Source: Balanoglossus misakiensis (taxonomy: Eukaryota > Animalia > Hemichordata). Taken from it: 64,000 nt of DNA. The translations under genes and the position numbers were made by a program. Shown piece by piece: positions 1-10,885 of this stretch. Position 1 is the stretch's first letter. The number at the start of each line of letters is the position of its first letter. Where the stretch lies: contig CM082580.2 of the NCBI GenBank assembly GCA_040954595.2, positions 13,008,242 to 13,072,241 of the forward strand. Reading direction: 5' to 3'. The notes under the pieces were generated by a model that was not told the DNA's origin, did no database searches, and was given only the letters and a program-made list of their open reading frames with translations.

Positions 1-386
1 CAACACAATTGAATTGTATCAGCTATAGGGAGAAGCTGACCTTCTAAGGAAACATTTAGTGATAGCACATATGGTGCACTGTTCCTGAGTGCATAAATTT
101 CAGCACAATAGATGCACACATGTATGTCTGTCCTTGGAAAATAGAAACTGCAGTACACTATACAATGTTGGTGGGTGTACACGTAGGGTCAATGCACATC
201 AACTTCACACTTCTTCATGCGTGTGTATATCTGAATAGTGTCTGGATATTTATAAAATATGCAACAAAATGGCCAATCACAGACAGCCGTTCATAGATAC
301 ATGTATTAAACAATGCACATGTGAGCTTTTGTATTTCATTCTGTACAAACCACTCACTGAAGTATACTTTTTATTGTGTTTCACAG

Positions 387-3300
387 GCTCTTGGACAAAC
401 TCAAAGTTTTGTGTCCAAACACTGATTACTGCACTGATGTCATGCAGAGGTCAGATTTAGAGGGACATTTAAATCATCGCTGTCCTGGCACAGTCACCAG
501 CTGCGTCAATGCTGCCATCGGGTGTGCATTCACCGGACCACGAATGGAGCTGGATACACACATCTGGGAATGTCCCTACAGAGATGGCAAGGGTGAGTGA
601 GTGACACACACAGCTAAAGGGCCTCATCGACTTGTAAATAGGGAGAGTCCTATGCATACATGTAGATCATGATGTACCTACAGAGTAGATAAATCCTCTC
701 AAATCAGGCAAGTGAAATATACCTCAACCAAACTATACATAATTGGTATTGTAACATCTTTGTTGTATGGATGACCTGAAGGAAGATGTCAGCATGTGAC
801 CTAAGGTCAGAGGTCACATACTCTTGGGGCTCCAGTCTGACCTGTAGGTGAATGATACTGCAAATATCAAATCAACTCACACAAGCACAGTTATTTCAAA
901 TTTCTGTACCAAAACTGTCCATGCTTATATTTCTACTGGTTCCATTAAATGTCAACCAATATTGATGCACACATGGAATTTAATAAAGAAATTGTTGCTT
1001 TGCCTGATAGAAGTCTGAAAACTGTATTTGTGCTATTAAAGACATTTGACATTTTAGAGATGCCTTGTTTCAGTATTCATTAAATCAGAACTGAAGTCAG
1101 CCAGGCATCTCGTAAATATACAACTCACAAAATCCCTCAGGAAGCTGTCTTGACTGTACGCTTGTAGCTGCATTAAGTATTTGCTGATCTTGGAGATCAC
1201 TTATGTGAATAGAATTTATTTTGTTGGGGACTTTTAAGGAATTTCTTTTCTTCAAAACCAAATATAGTAACCTGAGTCTCTACTTTGATACATCCGCATA
1301 AGACGATCGTTGCCCAACAGTTATAACAATAATTGGCAGTATCCATTAGACAAAGTAAAATTATTCCACCATTACTGTCCTGACACTTAATCAAGTGACA
1401 TTCTCCTTAAATCAGTGAGAGGCCACAAGAAATTTGGAAACTATGCAAAGCAAATAATGTACAGTAATGTTTCCGTCCATTTGTGATGTGTTTTTTATTA
1501 CATATATTTATGTAAGTAAAAATCATTGACATGGTTCTGGTCAATGCAAGAAATAAATATAGATTTAATGTTGCAATTTATTGACATTCAATTATACCAT
1601 GGTGTTATTTATATCTGTGTCACACTACTCTACATCATACTAACGGCCCTGCTGGGTATTCTCATTACCCTACATGATCTGTAGGTCAGCTGGTCACCAT
1701 AACTAACATATCTTATATGATACACCATTACCACAAATAGTGTCTGAATATAATGACATTGAGCCTTGTATGTGCCTGGTAGTGAAATTTTTCCATAGGC
1801 AATTGATACAAAACCATGCTGTTATTTTTCCCCATATCTACCTGGCGTCAGAACTGAATCATTCTTACATAACAAAAATGTATATTCCAATAGGATTCAT
1901 TTTCCCACGCCTCAGATCTTGTATGCCGGGCTTGGAATGTGTTTATTTTTTTCTCGGGACAAGTGAGAGGTGAAAAGATCATGATATCAGTTTGTCACAA
2001 TAAGCGAGTTAAGTATGTGCTCAGGCAGACGACTGTTGCACTACTGAGGTTCAAAATGATATGGGTCCATCCTTACCCAACACCACTGCAGTGTTAGTGA
2101 TGTTTGATGAATATACACACATCTCTTCCATTGAAAAACTCTATTGTAAATTCCTTTTTCTTTCATCGTTATGTTCAATCAGTTGTTCCTGAGGTCCCAG
2201 CATGCATTTTAGAAGGTGAAATGACTACCATAGAAATCAACAGAACTCAGGAAGATCTTGGAATCAGTCTAGTCGGAGGAAACGATACACCATTGGTATG
2301 TCTGACTTTTGATAACTGAGATACAATAAGTCATCTGGAAGTGCAACATTGTGTTGGTGGTGTTATTGCATTTTTATTGAAAACATTTTTATCGCTGTCT
2401 AGCCAAAATAGAATACATGTATCCTTTTTGTGCTGACAAAACGTGATGCTCAGGATTTTTTTGTATTTGCTAGTCACGGCAAGTTTTTTCCCATAAAAAC
2501 AAAATACAGTCCACAAAACCATTTGAAATATACATGTATCATGTCATTACTTTGTAATCAAGTTTTCCAGAATCCTCCCATCAGGATATGTTTGTTGTGG
2601 AGAAAATCTCTCAAAGATGAGAACTGTGTAGGCAGAGGCCTAGAGGGTCTTTACAGTGTAAGCAGATTTATTGCCAAGGATTGGCAGATTGAAAGAGAAG
2701 TGAATACAAAGTCTCCGTAATTACTTTGACATTTAGGTCTGATATGTACATGTGTACCGAAAAGCCAGCAAGCACATCCACACAAGCAGAAAGTAAGAAT
2801 TTAAATCATCATCTTGATGTGGGCGAGGCTGGCATCAGACATTGACTGGGTGAATCTTTTTTGCATTGCTTTCTCCTGTGTGCACAGGTGGCTGTTGTTG
2901 TACAGGAAATCTTCCCAGAGGGGTTGATAGCACAAGATGGAAGGATCAACACAGGGGATCAGATATTAGAGGTAAGGGCAACATTTGTGGGGATTTGTAA
3001 CAGTAGCTTTGAGACTCAGCTGACAGGATAAAAATTTTATGAAGTATTAAAAATGAACACATGTGCGTTTTGTTCTGATTGGGCCTTGACTCTAGTTTCA
3101 TAGTCTGTTGTGTTGTGTTGTCTTGTACATGGAGTTTGAAATATTGAAATGGGTTTACATTACTGCAGATGTCGAGCTCATAAAGTGTGTGTCTCCAGAA
3201 ATCACCCTGAACCAAAAGTCCGTAGTAAAAGCTGGCAGACTAATAAAGAGTTTAAAGAGTGTATTTTTAGTTTGACATAAATTTAAACCGAGCCAAAAAT

Positions 3301-6022
3301 AATTGTCAGAGAAGACATACCAATTTACCACAGCTGCAGGACTGTAAACAAGCCTCGATGTTATGACTATCATAATGCCATATTTGTTCCGGTGGCCTAT
3401 AACCTACTATGTTCATGTTTGCTTACAATGGCTGTCCACTCAGAACTTGTGCTTGATTTACAATGAAAATGACATCCCTTGCATGTTTTATGTGCTCATG
3501 TTCACTCTTAAAAATGATTGACTGATATGAATTATGATAGGTCTTTGTTTCTATTAAAATCATCGTCCCCTCCCCCTTTCCAACAGATCAATGGTGAAGA
3601 TTTACGTGATGTGTCACATGCCCAGGCGAGGGCAGCATTCAGTCGACTGTCGTCAGTCGTCAGATTAACAGTACTCAGGGAAAAAGTGGAAGATAGAGGG
3701 TTCCCTCCGGAAAGAGAAGGTAGAGAAATTTGAAATCTGATCTAACTGGATATCACAATCAGATTTTACATTGACTTGCATATTTTTCTCTGAAAATGAA
3801 TTTTTTTTCATACCTGATATTATATCTATTATAGTCCTAGTTTGAATGCATGATTTTGCATAAACAGTATCACTTGTACTCACATCATTGTCTTTCATTT
3901 ATGCCGAACAGAATTATTAAAAATATCCCTGACAAGAGTTCCTGGTGTTCAACTGGGCATCAAGATAGTTGGCAAAAAGTAAGATATTTTACATAATAAG
4001 TTTCACGAGAAAACCTGATAATTTCTAACAATTCTACTTCGGACAATAATAAACAAAATTCACCATATTTGTTTTACCTTAATTTTCAGAACTGAACCTG
4101 GTGTTTACATTCTTGACCTGGTGAGTGACAGATTCTTTTCTTGTCCAGATACATGTAGTTGTACAAGCAAATGAATTCTAAGATGGTTTAATTAATCTCA
4201 GGGAGTGCAGTACTGTATGAAGGGAACTGAAAACTATGTTCAATATAGCCAGGTTTCCTTGTTAGACATGGTCCAGTTTAGAGAGGTCTCACTGTGTGTT
4301 TTCAGATTGAAGATGGTACAGCATACAGAGATGGCCGGTTATGTCCTGATGACAAGATATTGGAAATCAATAATCAAGACGTCCGAGACAGTACACCAGA
4401 AATGGCAGCTCAAGCGATCAAGGTAATTAAAAGTGAACAGATTTTGAAGGTGGTCATTGTATCTGACAATTGCAGCACTGTCTATCATCACAAAGATAAC
4501 TTATTTACCTCAGTGTTGGCTAATATGCTTTATGGTCAGTCGGTAAACTTTTGATTCTTTCAGATGAGTGGAGAGAAGGTCAAGTTCTTATTGTCCAGAA
4601 CCATACGACCATCAACACCAGATCTCATCAAGTCAATGGCTCAAGAGTTCTCTACATTTGGAATTGCCAACACCAAAGGAGGACCTCCACTTCGACCCAT
4701 AGAGAGAACTGTAACAGTTCACAAGGTAGAAATCTTGAGTTGAAAGAGAGATTATATTTGTGTGTGTTTGTGTGATTGTTCTGTGGTATTTCGTCTCTTA
4801 CATGTACAAAAATAAGAGAAAGATGAAAGCAGTACCATGGGGATGGACAGTGGTTTTTATGTGTGACAGAGGTACGATTGACCCTGCTAGAACACATATT
4901 CTGTTGTATACTTGCAGAGTTCAAACGAATCATTGGGTATCAGTGTGTCTGGCGGATTAAGGAGTGGCCGAGGTGATATACCTGTTTATGTCAGTGACAT
5001 TCAAGCGAGTGGTGTACTTGGTAGAGATGGTCAGCTGAAGGTGAGTCTTGACATCATAGTCCTCTCTATCTAGGTTTCTGAGATGAGACTGCATGCAGCC
5101 AAGTCCAGGGTACTTGTGTTTGATGGCTTGGATGATTGGTGTTGATTGATTAGGAATAAGGAGATGCTTCCTGGTCCTGATAAGAATAACGCAATCTCTG
5201 TGTTCTGCTGTTGGTTTCAGAGAGGTGATGTCCTGTTAAGCATTAATGGCACCAGTCTTGTCAAGTTAACTCATGCAGAGGCGGTGGCCGTACTCAAAGC
5301 ATCAGCTGGTGCAAGGACCATCACATTAGAAGTACTAGAGGCCCAGGGCCATGAATTGATAGAACACTTCCCAAATTTCACTCCATCCTGGATTACCTGG
5401 CTGACGATGCCACCGTATGTACCTTGTTTGTTTATTTATTTGTTTGTTTGTTTGTTTGTTTTACTGCACTTTGAAATTGTGTGATGTGCTTGGCTGTTCT
5501 TCTTTACAGATTCTGTCATGTGCCATTTGACATTACATTGGAGAAGGGGTCATCCAGCAGTCTGGGTTTCAGTATTGTAGGCGGGGCTGACTATTGCCAT
5601 GGCGACCCAGCCATCTTTGTGAAATCTGTGGTACCAAACGGACCTGCCGCCAACGATGGCAGACTTCGGTAAGCTTCTCATTGTTTTGTCGCTGGAACAT
5701 AATTGTGCAAGTTTCGTAATCTGTCTTACCTCTACAAAACCTTGGTTGTGGCTAGGAACACTTTCAACACCATAGATCGGCCTGACTCCATTGTTGTCAG
5801 TGGTAATGTTTGACCTGTGAATAAGGGAACATGCAATGGTTAGTAAAATTTGTTCTGAGTGTTATTACCTATTGGCCATTCTACAGGTGTGGAGATCAGA
5901 TTTTGGCCGTGAATGGTCAAGCCCTGCAGGACATGACCCATGCAGTGACAGTGGCGTTGCTGAAGAGAACTCAAGGAAGGGTCTCTCTGAGTGTGGTCCA
6001 TTGGCCTGGAAGTGTTCACTGA
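387..6022 (+). CDS. LNX: Ligand of Numb protein X (LNX1/2-like) E3 ligase, 5'-partial; TRAF-type Zn finger plus 4 PDZ domains
   Basis: Phase-compatible GT-AG exons at about 387-592, 2183-2295, 2888-2971, 3587-3719, 3912-3978, 4090-4120, 4306-4421, 4564-4725, 4918-5040, 5221-5414, 5510-5668 and 5887-6022. They encode [19 protein letters not shown] (Zn finger after the RING), PDZ loops [29 protein letters not shown] and [17 protein letters not shown], and the C-terminus VHWPGSVH* (LNX1/2 end in xWPGxxx). The RING exon lies upstream of the window. Confidence 0.9.
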
Positions 6023-7022
6023 TTAGGCGAGGCTGTATGACCATGGTGTTTATGCTGAGCAGTGCCCACACAACTAGAAGACTTGGGTGTGAGCGAGAGA
6101 GTGAGAGAGCACGAGTGAGTGAGCAAGCAAACCTTGTAGATAGCAGTCATTTCAATATCTGTTTATTATAAGTAGATGAAATTTACGACAAAGATCTTCA
6201 ACATGTGTATTTCCCAGCTTTTCACCAACCAGTACATCAGCTAAGAAATTTACACCGATGACGAATCCACAATACCAGGGCAGATGACAGTAACTGTTGA
6301 TACACATAGATTGAAACAATTTTTTTTATGCTACAACTTTCCTGTGTGTGAATTTATGTGCATGCCTAATGTTTCCTGAATCTTGTAATGATCTTTTTTC
6401 TACCTGTCAGTCGGAGTATCTGTATTTACTATTTAAATCATGTCAGAGGTTAGTACATGTATAGGGAGGGTAGACTGTGTTGTTCTGCCTGCATGTACAT
6501 GTATATGCTGTATCAATACCCCCAGACATGTACCACTTGGCTATTCCACCACCTGGTTACAGTTGGTGTTAGAGATATTGTCTATTACAATGTATCATGA
6601 TAACTGTGTTGGTAAGATAACAAAAAATTTGATGTCAGCGATTGTAACCGAGTATGTGTAAACTTCTTGGCAGGTGCTAAACTGACTTCGTTCTTTTGGA
6701 CAGCAGGGATTTCTGGAGATGCACAATAAATATATGACTGAATGAGAAATAAACTTTATATTTGCTAATTTAATCATGTTTCAAAGAATTTCAAGCCAGA
6801 GAACTGTGTAGGGGTTGTCTACTTAGAAGCAAGCCTAAAAAGAGCAGAAATTTACAACATAGACTGATATTTGATCCAAGGTGTGGATGGGTTTTGTCTG
6901 CATTAAAGTTTGCAACTGTGATTTGTGCCTTGGCCTTCGATTTTTGGAGGTTTTTGAGATTTGGTTAATGACAGTGTTAGGAGTCATCAAATCGAAAATG
7001 TACATGTAGAAGTTACTGAAGA

Positions 7023-7028
7023 AATAAA
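7023..7028 (+). terminator. Candidate poly(A) signal of LNX
   Basis: AATAAA about 1 kb after the LNX stop, just before the 3' end of the convergent gene. Confidence 0.4.
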
Positions 7029-7479
7029 GTGAATAATTGACCTCAAAACTACAGTGTACGGGTCACTACTAAACCTGATTGATCTTGTGACGTAGGTGTG
7101 TGTGTATGTATGTATGTGTATGCATAGAAACATAAATTAGACACATAAATGTCTTAAACTTACCGTGTATTTCTACACGTGTACAAATTCCTCCATTCTC
7201 AATATGATTCATTACACCCGAAAGTTTTGCCTCCAAATCTCTCTAGAGGGCGTGCTGCCTCAACCCTGACCGCACTCTGGTACTGGTTTTCATGCAAGTG
7301 ATCTCTATATTTAAATAAAGGAAGTCTTCCCATAGATCAGTAAAAAGAGGTTCATTAAAATGTTACACTGCTAAACGATGGTGGGTGGTAAGTCTATCAT
7401 ACCTTCGGGAAGGGCTCGTTTTTCGTGGAGTGGGGGGGGGGGGGGTTAAGAAAACACTGAATGTTAAAGTACAAATGCA

Positions 7480-7485
7480 TTTATT
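7480..7485 (-). terminator. Candidate poly(A) signal of TPR-TIR gene A
   Basis: TTTATT on + (AATAAA on -), about 160 bp downstream of the stop at 7642. Confidence 0.5.
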
Positions 7486-7641
7486 GTACAATGTACGTTA
7501 CCATTTGGTTACTGAGATAACGAGACCACTTTCCCTTTCAACTGTAATTTGAACGCTCTCCAAGCTCAAGTCAAATTAGTTCTTTCTCGGCCCCGAAGAA
7601 GCCTTGTTTTCTTTAAGAATTAGTTCAAATTTCCATACAAA

Positions 7642-9699
7642 TTAGTTTTGCTTCAAAGTTTCGACTAATCTATTCCAATCGTTAATTTTTATTTGACCCT
7701 GGTGACAGACTAGGTATGTCAAATCAGCGATTTCTTGTGGTGGCTTACACTTCTTTAACATGATGGGTACAATGCTATGCCTCTTGACAGACTGCATGAG
7801 CGCTTGTCGAACTTCGTACTGACACCACGCACTTCTGACGGAGTGTGGTGTCATAACAAACACAACTTTGTAACTCTGTTCTATTCGTTGACAAATATTC
7901 GTCGTTATCGGTTTACCGAGTGCGAAATCCCTGTCGTGGAGGCATCCTTTCAATCCCTGCCTCTCCAACAAGTTAAAGAAAGGCGCCACCCAATCGCGGT
8001 CTTTGTTGGAGTGACACATGAAGAAGTCGAATGGGTACTTCTTCGCTTGGCGGTCTTTTGGCGACATGAGGAACGTAGGTTTCCCCCCACGAGCATATTG
8101 TGCCCCGCTCTCTACTCGGGATCCAGTCCGGGCAATGCTTCGGATAGAAGAGAGTGGGCGTGGTACGTCTGACGCAGCTGCTTGCATAGACATGGCCGGT
8201 TGAAGAGAAGTTGGCGGCGACGATTGGCCATATTCTGAGTCGGTCACAGGCAAGTTATTCGCGTTCGATTCCATCCCTTTCTTCAAGATGTTCACAAATC
8301 CTGGTCTGTCTTCGATAACGAAAGCTTCGCTGTCTTGTTCTTCTTCTTCATCTTCGTCCTCCTCGTCCCAGGATTCGTCGATCCAGACCATACATTCCTT
8401 TCTCCACTGTTCTCGCTTCTCCCTGGCTTTCGTGTATAAATTCCTGGCGCCATCCGATTCCTTGACGGCTTCCAGGCACTTCGCCCACCGCTCGTAGGTG
8501 ACGGCAGGGTCGAAGAAATCAAACAACATCAGCTCGCACCTGACGGCGAGTCCGAACTGCTCCAGTGCATCCTCGTATCTGCCGAGGAGGTAGTAAACAT
8601 GACCAAGATCAGAATGGTCAGCGTGGGTGTTTTCAAACGTAAACGCCTCCTTGAAGTCAGATATCGCCTTTTCTAGGAAATCATTTTTATCGTGGTTACA
8701 CTGCAGAGTCGCATCACAGTACATAGACACGTACATGTTCGCTCTCCAACGATACGTAAACCAAGACCGGAGCTTATCGTTTGCCTGTGTTAACATAGTT
8801 TCGGCTCGTTCATATTCTTTCATTTTGGCGTACTCGGAACCCACGCGACGTACCACAGCGTAGTGGTCCGATATTTCCATAGCTCTTTCGAAGCAGTCAT
8901 CGGCGGTAAAATATCTTTCTTCAATCCCCTGTGGAAGAACACCAACCAGTGATCGAGTACATCGCTTATGGTTGACAAGAATACCAATGAAGACCCAACT
9001 TAACGCACGTGTACGCTCCATTGTAATTTCACTTCGCGTAACTTCATAGAAGCACGTAACAGCCTCAGCAAAACTCTCCGCCAGTCTTTCTTCAGTGGTT
9101 TCAAAATTGACCAAGTATGAATCTTTTATGTACAAAGCAAGTCCATAATCAAAAAGCCAATCGCCCCTTTCTTGTGTGTCGGAAGACCACGCAAATTCAG
9201 CGGCTCTCCTCGTATACCTGATATGCCTGAATGCCCTTTTGTCATCGTGAGCAGTGAACCATTTAACTGACCTTCCTCGATCTGCGTAAGCTCTTGCTAC
9301 AACAAGGGCATTGATATCTTTCGTTTCACAATTCAGAATAGCATTCAATTTCTTCGAGTACTCATCAAGCAAGTTGCGCCTTCCCAGGTCTCTGTAGACG
9401 ACACACAGGTTACCCATCGCGTTGACGTTGCTGGGGTCATTGTCAAGAACTTCTTTGAATTTCTTAATCGCAACCTGTGTTTCTTCAAGATTATACGCAA
9501 TGTAGCCGTGTAAATTAACCAAGTAACAAAAGTCGGTTGGACATTTGCCATAATCACACTCTTCGGCCATTTCCACAACTTGAGACAGCCATTTCTTTCT
9601 CTGTTCCAATTTTTTCGTTTTGCATTCCCGAAATTCTGGCCACGTGAGGTGACAGCCCAGACCGAAAGTTGGATCCGGATCACGGTCACTCCCAGCCAT
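7642..9699 (-). CDS. IFIT/TTC22-like TPR protein with C-terminal TIR domain (gene A), 685 aa, intronless CDS
   Basis: Uninterrupted ORF with a good start context (gaccATGG). N-terminal LGCHLTW resembles IFIT CHFTW. TPR motifs include NAMGNLCVVYRDLG and HSDLGHVYYLLGRYEDALEQFGLA. An acidic, Ser-rich linker precedes the TIR: box1 FDFFMCHS, LHDRDFALG and SAWCQYEV. No signal peptide or TM segment is evident. Confidence 0.88.
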   Translation of the reverse strand: MAGSDRDPDPTFGLGCHLTWPEFRECKTKKLEQRKKWLSQVVEMAEECDYGKCPTDFCYLVNLHGYIAYNLEETQVAIKKFKEVLDNDPSNVNAMGNLCVVYRDLGRRNLLDEYSKKLNAILNCETKDINALVVARAYADRGRSVKWFTAHDDKRAFRHIRYTRRAAEFAWSSDTQERGDWLFDYGLALYIKDSYLVNFETTEERLAESFAEAVTCFYEVTRSEITMERTRALSWVFIGILVNHKRCTRSLVGVLPQGIEERYFTADDCFERAMEISDHYAVVRRVGSEYAKMKEYERAETMLTQANDKLRSWFTYRWRANMYVSMYCDATLQCNHDKNDFLEKAISDFKEAFTFENTHADHSDLGHVYYLLGRYEDALEQFGLAVRCELMLFDFFDPAVTYERWAKCLEAVKESDGARNLYTKAREKREQWRKECMVWIDESWDEEDEDEEEEQDSEAFVIEDRPGFVNILKKGMESNANNLPVTDSEYGQSSPPTSLQPAMSMQAAASDVPRPLSSIRSIARTGSRVESGAQYARGGKPTFLMSPKDRQAKKYPFDFFMCHSNKDRDWVAPFFNLLERQGLKGCLHDRDFALGKPITTNICQRIEQSYKVVFVMTPHSVRSAWCQYEVRQALMQSVKRHSIVPIMLKKCKPPQEIADLTYLVCHQGQIKINDWNRLVETLKQN

Positions 9700-10885
9700 G
9701 GTCGGCCGGCTACCTTGAAATATAGCCTGGTTTACCTACTTTCGATTTGCCTCCAGCACCTTGATTTCTGGACGACGTACTGCTAAGGCCCAGGCCTTGT
9801 TCCGTATCCCATTAGCTGTACTGATAATGGATCGTCGCCATGTTTCATATTATCACCAGTCATGAATGTTAATATCTTACTTGATGCCGAAGGAGGAGCA
9901 ATCATTACTTTTAACTGTTGAGCCTAAGTCTGTGAACTGAGTGAATATGGCTTTCACGGAGAACTTCAACGCCCGTCTTGTCGTATTTCTGATGAAAGTG
10001 ATTACCCGGCGTACACCAGCTTTAAATTCACGTGACGTGTACGGAATAAGCGTTGATTTACAACGTCATTGTGTCTCAGTTTATAATGATAAATCGACTA
10101 TCATGTAAACGCGTATCACAGACATGACTGAAGACATTCCAGCCTCACCATCGAGATAAGAGTCAAAGGTTGTGCTTCCTGGCAAGATGATTTGAATAGC
10201 AGTCTCACACAGGCCCTATTGAGCAATAGACAATACACCATTTGGTTTATTACTTGGGTCGGAGAAACTATGACCCTCCCCTATCACTCTTCTGCTACAT
10301 ATGCTGATTATGACACCCCGACCCCCACCCCTGAAAATAATGGCTCTGGGTAGCTTTTCTGGACCACTTCTAGATCTAGACAGTCCTGTAGTACCTTGTA
10401 AAGGGTACTGATCGGAATATTCCTTTTCCATGATTACTTTCTACACTGGCTGTTGTTTGGGGCCGACGCTCAACAGCAAAGTGGGGCTATGTCGGGAAAT
10501 CCCCATTCAGCTCAATGCATGACGGTAACATACACATATCACATGACCTTTACTGAGCCAGAGTGACATCACTTTATAAGAATAGTCTGAATATATCAGT
10601 GTATACAACACATTGCGCACAAAATACGTATCGATTATATTAGCACACTGTTTCTACTGAATCAGGGAATGTTGCTTTTGACGAGCTCCGATACTTTTAA
10701 CATCAAGGAAGGAGTCTTTTACTGTGATCTATGTTGAGGCCATGGTTGAGGCATACTGATCTCGGTGGATCCATGCAGGCACAGGGTGTTTGCAGCATAC
10801 TATGCAAGTCTAGGGGCTGGTGTGAACAGTCCAGTCATGTTGTGTGCGACGTCATGGATGTGCACAGTTTTGACACCGAGAGAAA
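9700..10885. promoter_or_regulatory. Candidate bidirectional promoter of the TPR-TIR pair
   Basis: 1.19 kb between divergent ATGs. Contains GGGAAATCCC (kB consensus, 10494-10503), palindromic GGAATATTCC (10414-10423), TCACGTGACGT (E-box overlapping a CRE-like site, 10028-10038) and GAAAGTGA (partial IRF-like, 9994-10001). Confidence 0.5.
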
